Positions 1 through 12,890 of a stretch of 64,000 bases of DNA are shown in pieces (position 1 is the stretch's first letter; every line of letters starts with the position of its first letter). Made by a program: the position numbers and the translations under genes. This stretch comes from the human T2T-CHM13v2.0 reference genome, Homo sapiens. The stretch lies in NCBI RefSeq assembly GCF_009914755.1, contig NC_060925.1. The stretch is one strand, 5' to 3'. The notes beneath the pieces were generated by a model. That model was given only the letters and a program-made list of their open reading frames with translations, was not told where the DNA came from and searched no databases.

Positions 1-140
<140 letters not shown>

Positions 141-683
141 CTAGGTATCAAAAAAAGTGATAGGATGTAGTAGTAATGTAAGATATGTAGTAGTCAGAAG
201 TCCAAAGATCTATTCATGGGCTGTGAGCTCACTCCTGGAAATGGAGTTAGAACCAATTAAACAGTTATTTAATTGGAATTAATGAGGATTCACCCCATTT
301 AAGGTGATGAGAGTGTTGCACGAAACACATTACTCTCCCCTCACCCCACACTTTCTGCACGTGGAAAGCCCGGTTCTGATAGGCCTATCTCCTCACACTC
401 TTTGCTGCTCTGGGGCTGTCTCTTCCACACCCTGGGGAGAGGCTATGAAGAGGAGAATCAGTCACCCCAAACTCAAGGGACTTGGGAAAAACAATGGGCT
501 CTTCTATCAGACCTATCTTGATCCAAACTTCAGCTCTGCCAAGTCACTTGATCTCTTCGTACCTTACATTCTTAAATCTAAAAATCTAAGACATTTAAAC
601 AGTGCCAGCCTTAGGTTGAGGCCAGGGGTGAGCCTACTGAGCTCACCCAGTTACCTCCTACCCTTTCCTGTCTCCTCCAGATT

Positions 684-1196
684 AGGGTTGCCAGATAAAA
701 TATACAATCCCAGCTAAATCTGATTTTGGATAAAAATGAATAATGTTTTAGTGTAAGTAAATATTGCATGGGTCATACTTATAATAGAATATCGTATGGG
801 ACATATTTATGGTAAAATAGTGTTTGTTATTTATGTGAAAATCAAACTTAACTGGGTGTTTTGGGTTTTTTTTTTTTTCCTCTTTTTTAGAGACAGGGCC
901 TCTGTCTGTTGCCCAGACTGGAGTACAGAGGCATAATCTTAGATCACTGCAGCCTAGAACTCCTGGGCTTAAGCGATCCTCCCAAGTAGCTAGGACTACA
1001 GGCACTCCCCACCATGTCTGGTTGATATTTTTCATTTTTTGTAGAGACAGGGTCTTGCTATGTTTTCCCAGCTGGCATGGAACTCCTGGCCTCAAGCAAT
1101 CCTCCTGCCTCAGCCTCCCAAAGTGCTGGGATTACAGGCATCAGCCACCTCCCATGGCTGTGTCCTGTACTTCCAATTGGAACATCTGGCAACCTG
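684..1196 (+). mobile_element. MER53 palindromic MITE interrupted by an Alu
   Basis: Termini agggttgccagat (684) and atctggcaacc (~1195); resumes gtgtcctgta after the Alu. Confidence 0.85.
866..1158 (-). mobile_element. AluJ
   Basis: Poly-T followed by reverse-complement Alu dimer. Confidence 0.93.
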
Positions 1197-2130
1197 ATTC
1201 CAGGTGGCTCCTGATACACAGTCCTTGAATCTTTAGGGTTCCAGAGAACACTGAAACCTTTTAGTTTACCGCTGTACATCCTACATGAACTTGAAAGTGT
1301 GGGCTAGAAAATCTTGGAAATTCTTCCATCGAAATTGAGAAGAGAAATGGAACAGGTGGAGTAGAACCCAGCAACAGCCATAGTCATAGGTTTCCCTGCC
1401 TCAGCCAGCTTTGCAACAGGATCAAAGTCAGCTTACTCCAGGAGTGCATGCAATTAAAAAATCCCCCTGAAAGGGAGCCAAAGGAAGACACGGTCTTGCT
1501 GTTCTGCAGAGGAATACTGGATCTGGTGAAACACCACGGGGAGTCAGAAAACAGCTCTAGGCAGAGGGACCTTGGGCAAGTCATTTAAGCTATCTGTCTC
1601 TGACTCAATAAAATAGGCCTCAAAACAAACTTAAAATACAAATTACAGAGTAGGAAAAGACAGCCATAACATATATAATGGACAACACAGTGATACCAAG
1701 AATATATTAAGTGGTCCAAGTCAATAAAAAAAAAGCAAATACCCAACAGAAAAAAAATGGGCAGGAGATATGAACAGGTAATCCACTTGAAAAAAAAATC
1801 ACAAACACAAATGGAGGATAAGTATATGAAAAGAGGCACCGTGTTGCTAATCAGGAAAATGCAAATCAAAACAATGAGATAGCATTATTTGACAATCAGA
1901 TTGGCAGAAATGAAAAAGCCTGATAAAATCTAATGTTGGGAGAGGGTAGGGGAATCAACCCAGGTGGTTAGTGGGAGTGTAAACAAGCTTTGGAGAAGAC
2001 AGTCTCACAATAACAAAATTACAGCCCACATAGTCTTTGATGCAAAAATTCCACTCCTCACTTTCCATCTGACAGACATTCGTATATAAGCTCATAAAAG
2101 TGCATTGATGATGGTACTCATGACAGTACG

Positions 2131-2368
2131 GCTCACTGAAGCCTCGACCTCCCACCTCAGCCTCCTGGGTAGCTGGGACTATAGGCGTGCGCCACCATGT
2201 TCACCAGGCTCACCATGCCCTTCTACTTCTTTGTATTTTTAGTAGAGATGAGGTTTTGCCATGTTGCCCAGGCTGTTCTTGAACTCCTGGGCTCAAGCAA
2301 TGCACCCACTTCAGCACCTCAGCCTCCCAAAGTGTTGGGATTACAGGCGTGAGTCACTGCACCCAGCC
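2131..2368 (-). mobile_element. Truncated AluJ
   Basis: gtagctgggactataggc...aaagtgttgggattacaggcgtgag. Confidence 0.9.
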
Positions 2369-2439
2369 CTAGCATGGCTTTTTTAACAGAGATCACTGGA
2401 AGCAACTTCAATGTCCATCAATAAAATGTTAGATAACTC

Positions 2440-2816
<377 letters not shown>

Positions 2817-4329
2817 CTAAAGACATATGACATGAAAAAAAGCAAGTTTCAGAATAGTACATCTTGTATTGTCCCACTTATGTAAAAAAGTATGACTGTG
2901 TCTGCATATGTATATGTGTATTGTGTGCACATGTATGTGTCTCTATATATGTATATGTCTGTGTCTATGTATATATCTCTATCTAGATACATTTACAGTG
3001 CTGTGAATGTATAGAAAGAACCTGGAAGGTTACGCATCAATCCATGAACCCTATAAACCTCTGAGAGGGGAAGGCAGGAGAGGGCTGGTGAAGGGGGACC
3101 CTCAGTTTGTAGTTTGCATTGTCTGAAAATTTTATAGCAAAATATACTATTAACATTTATTTTTATTATTTAAAAACTTGGTTTACAGAACCACAACAGG
3201 TCACACTGGCTCCCTCCCTCACCTTGCTTCTGTCCATCTCATTCCACTAATGCCACTGATTTCCACTTGCCTTTTCTCTCAAGAAGGGCTTCTCTCTTTG
3301 GGAGTCCTCGGACTTGTGTTCTCGACCCCATCTCAGCCGCCTCTGCCCACTCTGTGTCTCCTGGGCCCTTCTCTATCAGCAAGTCCACACTTCTACACCC
3401 TCAGCCAGCCTCTCCCTCTCTCTCTCGTCACTTCTTTTTTCCTTTGCTACTTCTACCTCCAGCCACCATCTTGCTTTGCTCTCATGACCAATAATATTGA
3501 AAGAGAAATGCATTCCTTTGCCTATGTCTCTCATAATTCATAACTCTATACTATCTAGTTTCTATCTATTCCTATCACATTAAGGAAACACTTCCTTGGA
3601 AGTCCCCCTCCTGGCTGCCCCACCCAGTTGCTTTCTCTCAAAACTCACTCTCCTAGACCCCCTTGGAAATATTTACCACCACTCTTTTGCTTGTTTGCAG
3701 TGGCCTCCCCTGCCCGCACCTTATCTCCATATCCATTCTTCTTTGTACGGCTCAAAGGCTACCCCTTCCAATAAATCTAGCCCTTTCTTTCTAGTAAGTC
3801 CAATGTGTCTAGCTTATAACCACCTCTAAATGTGAATGGGTTAAATGAAAAAGGTCACGTTCTGTTAAGAAGGCTTTTGCCCATGGGTGGAGACAATTGT
3901 TTGACTCCAGGATGTGTGAATTAGTGAAGGGAGACACTGGAGGGCAATATAACAGTGAGGATACCCTTAAAGGAATCTAGGGGAGAGATAAAAAGATAAT
4001 TGAGGCAGAGCCAGTAGGGAGATCTGAAAAGGGTGGTTAAATTTGAGGGATTTTTCAGAGGTAGAATAAATAGGACATAATAATCCATTGGATCCAGCGG
4101 GGTATGCTTTGGGTTATGGGAGTGGGGTAGGTGAGCGAGAGGAAGAAGGGAGAATGAGTGACAGGCAGGCAAATTTCATTGAGCTGGGAAGGCCTGTCTT
4201 CCCCCTGATGAGTCCCCTCTTCCTCCAGAGCTAGCTGAGTGACCACTGCCTCCCACTAGGCCAGCTCTCCCAATCCCACGCTCACAGCACCATGGATGGC
4301 CGTTTTCACAGTTGTCTTTTACATATGTT

Positions 4330-4475
4330 TAGGGGCTCCTTGATTAATGTCTGTCTCCTACTCTCTCCTTTAAGATCCATGAAAGGAAGGATTGTACTTA
4401 TTTTTGTTTTTCATTATATTTCCAGAGCCCAACTCAGTACCCAGCACATGGTAGATATTCCATAAATATTCATCT
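4330..4475 (+). mobile_element. L2 3' end
   Basis: tgtctgtctcc...cagcacatggtagatattccataaatatt. Confidence 0.6.
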
Positions 4476-4636
4476 TAAAAAAAAGGAATTTAGTTAGTTC
4501 TTAGTTAAAATGCCCTTCACCCTAGAACCACTTCCGTAAACCCACTTCTACTTCTCAAACACTGATGGGCCCAGGAATCTAATCTCATTGGCCTCATTCA
4601 TAGATCAGTTGGTTTACGTAGCTAAGCAGTATTTCC

Positions 4637-4943
4637 ACCGGGCACGGTGGCTCATGTCTGTAATCCCAGCACTTTGGGAGGCCGAGTTGGGTGGATCACG
4701 AGGTCAGGAGATCGATACCAGCCTGGCCAACACAGTGAAACCCCATCTCTACTAAAAATACAAAAATTAGCTGGGTGTGGTGGTGCATGTCTGTAATCTC
4801 AGCTACTCAGGAGACTGAGGCAGAAGAATCGCTTGAACCAGGAAGTCAGATGTTGCAGTGAGCCAAGATCGCCCCACCGCACTCCAGCCTGGCGACAGAG
4901 CAAGACTCCGTCTCAAAAAAAAGAAAAGAAAAAAAAAAAAAAG
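4637..4943 (+). mobile_element. AluS, full length
   Basis: ccgggcacggtggctca...gactccgtctc followed by A-rich tail. Confidence 0.95.
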
Positions 4944-6591
4944 AAGTGTTTTCCATGAGCTCTCATCAGTCCTGAACCCAATGGGTTCTTTGCAAATGTT
5001 TCCAGTGATGAAGAGAAAGAGAAGAAAGGTTCTCCAAGAGTGTAAATTATCCACAAGTGGATCCAGCAAGACTCCAACGAAGTCCACACTTGGACGACTC
5101 TGCTGTCTTCGCTTCTCACAAAATGACAAGTCCCAGTTGTATATGCACGTGGGGTCTTTGGCTTTACCAAAGTTGGACTCACCCAAGTTAAGCCCTCAGC
5201 TGCAGGACTACGACACTGTCACCATCAGAGGCTGCCAAGTAGATGATTCAACAGGGCCTAGTGGCTTCAGGGCTAAGCTCTGGGACATCGGACCTTGTCT
5301 TTTTGGACTCCACTTGTTACCAGCCCAGCAATCTAGGATCAAAAGCCAGTCTGGCCTCCTGCTTCTGGGATATGGTCTCTGCAACCGGCCTCTGGGTCAA
5401 GACCCAGGGCTTGTGCAAAACTTCGATTCCTCCAAAGGTCTGAGATCCTGCTCAGCTCTCAGGAGACAGAAAAACATGGCAGCTATCTCACCAGTCCCCA
5501 CTTCTGAACCACCCCCTCATGAGTTTGTTCAAATTCAGCTTCCAGCTACAGCAGAGCTATGAGAGTTTACCATATCTCTGCTCTCTTTTCACCCAGGAAA
5601 GAAATGGACTTATCGCGAATAGGAAAAGCAACACTTTTAAAATTCCAAAGTCCAGTTGTGTTCATATTCAGTAACCGGGAGCAGTGGTTCATCTAGATTT
5701 TTCTGTTGATATGCACCTGATGGATATTATTCCCAGGTGTGACTCCAACTATCTTTACTGATGTGCACACCCTGGTGCTGATGCACCCCTCGCTGAGGTC
5801 ACTTTGTGGGAAATACAATTGACAAGGTAGGGACAAGCAGCCAACTAAAAGAAAATTTGCACAATAGACACAACAAACAAAGAACAAATGTCCTAATATT
5901 ATTCAGACCTCCTGCAAATTACTGAAAAAAGGAAAAGAAATTCAAATGACCTATGAAAATGGGCAAAGGATATGGACAGAAAATTCACAGCAAAGGAAAT
6001 ATAAATGGCCAATAAACATGAAAAGATGCGCAACCTCACTGGTAATCAGAGCAATATGCAATCACCATGCCCTCTGGCTGGATCTGCCACACTTTCCTTC
6101 TGCCCCAATCCTGGACACACAGTGTCCACCAAAATAAAACTCGGAGAGGGATGAAAAAGTGTCAGAGGATGATGACAAGCCATACTCGGTCAAGCTTTGA
6201 ATCCCTCCGCCCTGGCTTTTCCACGAAAACCTCTTTGCCTACCAGCCTTGGCACAGGTGTGTGGATTCTGCATATATCAGCTGTCAGGGCACAACACGCA
6301 GGGAACAAACAGAATGTCTTGGCAGCAAGTCCTACTCATCCTGAAGCTACTGAGAGCTGGGCAGACAAGAGGACTGAGCCAAGCCCTGAGGAAGGAGACC
6401 CAGGAGCTTGCATGGACTGGAAGGAAAGGGTTGCTCACTCAAGGGGCCACCCCTCTAGGCAGGCAGCTGGGGCATCCAAAGGACACCACCATCTCTGGAC
6501 TTGTGTGCCTCTCCTGGAAGATCAAATTAGATAAATCATGGAATCAGTTCTATGAATCAACTTATAGAAAACTGGAACCGATTCTACGAAG

Positions 6592-6735
6592 CAGAAAAGA
6601 AAAAGGAAGGAAGGGAGGAAAGGAAGGAGAAAAGGGCGGGAGGAAGAGGAAGGGGAGGGAGGGAGAGGGGAAAGCAGAGAGAAAGGCAGGAAGGTAAGCA
6701 GAAAGGAGAAAAAAGGGACCGGAAGAAGAAAGACA
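6592..6735 (+). repeat. GA-rich low-complexity tract
   Basis: Almost pure purine run. Confidence 0.9.
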
Positions 6736-6739
6736 ATAA

Positions 6740-6925
6740 TAGATAATATTTATTGCATCTGGCACAGTTCTTTGCACATATTATCTCATTTAACCTGCAG
6801 AATAATCCTTTGAGAGAATTATTCTGCACATGCAGAAACTGAAGTTCAAGTCACTTTCTCAAGGTCATACAATGGGTAAGGACCATGTCAGTTCATCACA
6901 TACTGGGTTTTGTGTTCTCAACCCT
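6740..6925 (-). mobile_element. MIR
   Basis: ttatctcatttaacc...gaaactgaag...caaggtcatac. Confidence 0.7.
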
Positions 6926-7826
6926 CAGGCCACACTGAATCACTCTGACACCCAGCCTCTCTGCAGGGCTCAGACCTAGGCACCAAAGGGGCTATGAAGA
7001 AACGAGAGTCGGTTTCCCTGCTCATCGATGCCTTGGAAGCTGCCTGGGCAGGCTGGGCCCAACAGGAAGGACTTGGAGAGCTGCAGAGGCTGGGATCATG
7101 TGGCAGATTTGGCCCCAGTGGAATGGCTCAGTGAGAGAAGCCAGGTCATGACTCGGTGTCCAAATATGATTCTCAGTCCAGGTATGTCTCCTGCGGGTCC
7201 CTGCGGGTGCCTGCGTGTCCTTAGTAACGGCATTATTATTCTCCTCTTTCTGCATCTGGTCTGATTAATCTAATTTGCACATGTGAATGAGAAGCTGCTC
7301 TGATCCATTTAATATGTTGGGACCGCATCCCAGCTCATTTGCATGGTGGGCCTGGCCAACAGAGGTAGCTCCTGTTCCCTGTCTTCCTCCCCTCTCTCAG
7401 TCCCACCCTCCCACCAGGCAAATTCTTGCTGAGCAGGCAAACGGTGACCCATGCTGTTGCTTTTAGGTCTTAAAACCCATTAGGAGTATATTAACAAACG
7501 TGCTGAGAGCTCATTTGAGTAATAAAAATCTTTTTTTTGTGTGCAGCTAATAAAACAGAAGAAAGAAAAGAGAGAAAGAGAGAGTTGGAGGGGAGAAAGA
7601 AGGAGGCCATCTTCCCACCACAGTTAGCTAGGATGAAATGCGAGGATCTGTCTGCATATTTACTGGAACTGGGCTCCTTTGCTTCAGTAATGTGACTAGT
7701 GATGGGAGAAAAATGTAGTGGCAATCTAAGGAATGCCTTCTTTTCTCGAAGCCTCTGTCATCAGGGTGCAGTCCAGCAAGATAGGATGGGCATCTCCTCT
7801 GCCCCTGAGGTGCAGACCAAGGACCC

Positions 7827-8270
7827 TGTTATGATTTTGAATATTTGTTGCCTTTACAATTCATGTTGAAATTTAATCCCCAATGTGGCAGTATTGAGAG
7901 GTGTGGCCTTCAAAAGGCGATTAGGTCATGAGGCTCTGTCCTCATGAATGGATTAATCCATTCACGGATTAATGGGCTAATGGGTTAATGGATTAATAGG
8001 CAAGCATGGGAAAGGAACTGGTGGCTTTATAAGAAAATTAAGAGAGACCTCAGCTAGCACATTAGAATGCTCAGGTCTCTTGCTCTGTGCTGGATGGTGC
8101 CCTGCATCTCCTCTGGACTCTGCAGAGTCCCCACCAGCAAAAAAGCCCTCATCAGATGTGGCCCCTAGTCCTTGGATTTCTCAGCCTCCATAACTCAGCC
8201 TCCATTCCTTTTTAAATAAATTTCCCAGTTTCAGGTACTCTGTTATAAACAACAGAAAACAGACTAAGAT
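7827..8270 (+). mobile_element. MaLR solo LTR (MSTC/MSTD-like)
   Basis: ttcatgttgaaatttaatccccaatgtggcagtattgagagg...aacagaaaacagactaaga. Confidence 0.88.
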
Positions 8271-8537
8271 CTCCAGCTCACGTACATGCAAAATGACCAG
8301 TCTGTAGTAGGACCAGTTGTGGCTATAGGCCCAGAGGACAGTCACCTTGTCCAGGTGTCCTTCTGTCTGCCCAGCTTCGTTAACTTTGCTGCTTTTCTCA
8401 CGCAACGCTGCTCAGACTGCAGCCTGCAGATCTGTAGACTCCTAGCCTGGCAGCCCTCAGATCCAGTTCTCTGCTTCTCCCTGTGGCAGCCTCAGCTGGC
8501 ACAGGTGAAAGAGCCTGGTGTTGTGTCTGGTACATGG

Positions 8538-8711
8538 AGGACCAGCTACGTAATCAGCATCTAGTACACAATGAAAAGGCAGGGCCCCTGGTTAAAATAT
8601 GATTATTAATTTCAAGAGGTCAACAGAAGAGCATTAAACCAAGCTCAGGGTTCTTCCCTGAGCAGGGCCCTGTATGACTGCATAGGTCAGATATCTATGA
8701 AGCTGGCTCTG
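8538..8711 (-). mobile_element. MER45A (hAT-Tip100 MITE)
   Basis: agagcattaaaccaagc...cagggccctgtatgactgcataggtc...atgaagctggctctg matches the MER45A reverse strand. Confidence 0.75.
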
Positions 8712-9236
8712 GCTACCTGTTAGATACTTAATTATTTGTAGTTGATGTGTGGATGCCCCCAGAGAGTTGATCCTCAACTTAGGAAGTCTAAATATCTGGG
8801 TTGCATAAACAGCCCAGGCTCCCGGATTCTGTCCTTAATAAGGACATTGAAGAAGAGGCTTTGGAAGGTCCTCCCCAGGTATGGCCAGCCTCTCTGATGC
8901 CTCCTTCTGGTTTGAGTGGCCCCAGATGTTCCACTTTCCCCTAACAGCCCATTAAGGCCCCATAAGCCAAGACTTATCTAAGTCCTTTTGTGTGAATCCA
9001 GGAGAAAAGCTGCATAGAAATCCTCTTACAGTTAATCCCTTTGAGAATAGGGGCTAAATCTACAAGACTGCAATGCCAGAGGAGGAGGCAATAAAATTGG
9101 AGAGGACGGGCAGTGGGAAGGGTCTTCCCTGAGATGAACAAAGAGGCAGGGCTGTGGCAGGCTGGACAGCTTTGAAACGGATGTCTCAAGGTTGAGCTTG
9201 CATCCAGGTGTATGGTAACTAGATACTTTTTAAAAA

Positions 9237-9545
9237 TTTTTTTTTATTTTGCTATTTTTTTGAGATAGGGTCTCATTCTGTCATCCAGGCTGAAGTGCAG
9301 TAGCGAGATCATAGCTCACTTACTGCAGCCTTTAACTCCTGGGCTCAAGGGATCCTCTTGCCTCAGCCTCCTGAGTAGTTGGGACCGCATGCATGCACCA
9401 CCTCACCCAGCTAATTTTTTTTTTTGGTAGACAGGGTCTCATTATATTGCCCAGTCTGGTCTCAAACTCCTGGGCCCAAGTGATCCTCTTGCCACAGTCA
9501 TTCAAAGTGCTAGGATTACAGATACATAAGCTGCCATGCCTAACC
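9237..9545 (-). mobile_element. AluJ
   Basis: Reverse Alu dimer with poly-T. Confidence 0.92.
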
Positions 9546-9779
9546 AGAAACTAGATTCTTGGCCCTGGGCAAATCCTTGAACCTCTCTAAGGCTTTTCCC
9601 CAGTTCTTTAAAATATGATGAGGATAACTGGACATACACTCCAAGATATTCATCATAGCCTTGTTTATACTCAAAAAAAAGAAGAAGAAAAGGAAATAGC
9701 ATTAATGTCCTTCAAGAGAGAATTTTAGTAAATGTTACTATATTTGCATAGTGGAATTCTGTATAACTATTAAACAACA

Positions 9780-11900
9780 CTGAAAAGGGAGATTTCTTTT
9801 TAAAGATGTCCAGTGAAGGTATTTACATTTTTTAATCTCTCTTGAAATCCACTGACAACAAGAACAAAAATACAGAGGAGTAGAAACTGTATCTTTAGGG
9901 AAACAAGGAAATGGGTCTTGACCACAAACCATTAGGCATATTTGCCAAATACTGAGAAACGTGAATCTAAACAAGAAGTGTTGACAGTCTACACAGTAAT
10001 CCTCAGACCTTCAGCGAAATTTTCTTAAAACAAAGTATCTCAGTCCTCAAAAGGACTTCAATAAACTTTTTGATGAAAGTGACAAGATGTGGGAATGTGG
10101 ACCAGCCATGGGAGTGTCCCGCGGAAACCTCTTCAGCATTTCAAGCAGGAAGGAATGTGAGGAGACTGAAGGAGAGACCATGTGCCTTTTCACCCGAATG
10201 ATGGACGGCCCTGTCTCTGTCCTAGAGAGGCTGCAGAGTAAGGCAGTGGACAAATGAGACATCCATCCCCAAACCACCACACGCAGCAGCTTTGGCACAG
10301 AGCAAAGAGAAATGCCGGATCTGGTGAGAGGACAAATGGACCACAAAACCATACCGGCAATGCAGAACCGCTCGGTTCATAATCCCCTTTCCCAGGCCCC
10401 AGAGTTCTGCACACTATTCTTTGGCAAATATTTGGTCCAACTCAAAAAAAGGGAGAGATAATTAGTAGGGAACTAGCCAGAGAAGTGTCATAGAAATTAC
10501 AAAATAAACAAACAAAATAAGAAAGGAAGAAATGAATAAAGTAAAAGGCTATGGAACACATAGACCTCAGAGGGAATTGTCAAAGGAAGCAAGATGAATT
10601 CAGAAAACCACTGTTGTCTAATCTCAAAGAAATTGCAGAGTTTTTAAAAAGGAATTCAAAGAAAAGTTTCAAGGACCTAAAAGAAAAATTGTAAGATAAG
10701 CGAAAACCATGAAAGATGAGCTGGGAAAGAAAAAGAAGTACCACACTGAAAACAGCTAAAACAGGAAGAGAAGAGAGAGGAGGTAGAAGGGGAGGTGGAG
10801 GAGGAAAGGGAGTAGAAAGAGGAGGAGGAAGGAGGGGAGAAGGAGAAAGGGGAAGGAGGAAGAAGGGGAGGAGGAAAAAGAGGAGGGAGAGGAGGAGGAG
10901 GAAGAGGAGGGAGAGAAAAGAGGAGGAAAAGGAGAAGGAGGAATGAATTAAACATATCTGAAAACTCAACTCATGAACTTGGCAAGCAAACTTGGGAAAA
11001 TTAAATAAATACATGGAAAAGATCAAATATATAAACATGATTATATGGAAGATCACAGATAGGGAATATTGACAAAAGAAATTCAACATATCCATAGAGA
11101 AAAACATACAAAGATATAATCGACAAAAACATCCCTGAAATAGTGAAAGTTGAATTTCAAGATCAAAAGAGCACATGAGGTCTCCAAAAATTTTATATAT
11201 AGCAATCACCTTAAAGATGTATTCTGGTGAAGATACTACATTTCAAGGGAAAAGAATGAATCATATGGACATCTAGGCAGAAACACCAAGCTAAACAAGA
11301 GAGAAATAAGTCTGGTTGGCCTCCAATCAAGCCATTCGAGCTCCGAGGAGAACTGCAGCTTAAGAGGTGTATACTCATTGAAGTTGTCATTTACATATTT
11401 AGACAACAGGTGGACATTCACGAGCATGAATTCAGGGAATACAACACCCATGAACCTTTCTTGTAAGAAGTATCTGACAGTGGACTCTGGCAAATGAAGA
11501 AATCAATCAAAATACAACACTTGGAATGTAAAATGTATGGCAAGAAAATTGGTGGTGAGTGTTAAATCCTATTAAATATGGAACTAAGATTACACAACCC
11601 TGAGGATTGTACAGAATGGAATATAAATGTTATAGATCTTGCCAAATTAAAAAGAATTTAAACCAGGAAAGGGAGTTTATGGAAATAAGAACAAATATAC
11701 ATGCGCTAACCTCCTCCTCTTCAATGCAGGGGTGGTTAATAAATGCTGCAAAAATAATAATAATAAAAAGGATAATAATGACTGCAACTTCTTAACATGC
11801 TGTTTGAACTTGGTCTTAGCTTCAGAGGTATATTTGAGGAGCTAATGTCTAATGATCTGAAGTTTAATGATTCCTTCAACCTTTGTTTTTTTTTCCATCT
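9780..11900 (+). mobile_element. Ancient L1M/HAL1 ORF1-like region, decayed
   Basis: A-rich L1 ORF1-like motifs (gatcaaaagagcacat, aattcagggaatacaacacccatgaacctttc); boundaries uncertain. Confidence 0.5.
10760..10945 (+). repeat. (GGA)-rich purine tract
   Basis: Direct inspection; source of the low-complexity ORFs at 10580-11209. Confidence 0.92.
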
Positions 11901-12249
11901 GTCGAATTTAAGTAAAATTTTGAAAAGTAAAAATAAAATGGTGGGTATGTAGCAAGCTCACTTTGTTTTCTTGAAAAATCTGTCTTTCCAGCATTAGCAT
12001 TAGTTTGTTATCCCTCTAGATAGCTAGATGTCAAGGGTGATGCCCTGAAAACCTTAACAATGCTCTACTTCTGGAATGTTGAATTGTGAGTAGTGATTAT
12101 AAAATATCTCATATTTATATTCTTACTGTATTGCTTGAATGCTTAAAATAGACATGGGTCATTTTAAAAAATTAAATCATAATTCCTGTTTACAAGCTGA
12201 CTAGGTGGCTTCTACCAGGAGGCCTTGTCTTGTGACAATGGCAGGGCCT

Positions 12250-12430
12250 AGTTCTGAAGTTCTGGGTTCAACACTCCCCCAGACTATTACTCTCCTGGTG
12301 CCTCAGTTTCTCACCTGTAAAATGGGCACATAATAGTTAATAACAGCTACCTCTGAGGATAGTTGTGGGGTATATGCAAAAAAATTATTATGAGGGGTTG
12401 GGGCGACTTAAGTGCTTAATCAATGTTAAT
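12250..12430 (+). mobile_element. MIR
   Basis: gcctcagtttctcacctgtaaaatgggc. Confidence 0.75.
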
Positions 12431-12439
12431 ATTCAGGGT

Positions 12440-12890
12440 GGCCACAAAGTCTCGTTGCATGCTAATTAGAAGTGATTTGTATGCTGCCTCCTATTAACCA
12501 CATAAATTTTAAATTTTCCCATGTTCTTTGGGGAGCCATTGCTGATTGTTTTCAGGCAGAGTTGTTGTGAAACAAATAATTAACAAAAGGCCTAAGCCCA
12601 CACATGGGGATTTAGTGGCCACTCTGAATTGTTGTATAAGCATTGCCACATAAATATACTCTTGCTACATCTGTTAATGGAAAAGATAAATTAAAAAAAA
12701 AATTTAAAGTGGTTTGCAAACAGTATTTGTAATTAAATGGCAATGGGTAATGGGCCCAAGTTTTGTAAAATGAGCCCTGGATCTGCAGTGGGCCAGGAGA
12801 GGAAGCCGAAAGCAGGTGCAGCTGCAGGGAGTGGTCAAAGTGGGTCAGGCTCCCTCATTGGATAGCAACCTATTTGCATAAACAGTACCT
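12440..12890. promoter_or_regulatory. Candidate intronic enhancer/promoter-like element
   Basis: Non-repeat. CCAAT (attgg 12857-12861), RFX half-site atagcaac and octamer atttgcat (12872-12879) within 25 bp; upstream gcatgctaattag, aaacaaat, aacaaaag. Confidence 0.35.

Noticed and set aside
10580-11209. 209-aa hydrophobic/proline-rich ORF, and K/R/E-rich ORFs at 6197-6829 and 10716-10946
   Set aside because: Products of low-complexity purine tracts that lack stop codons.
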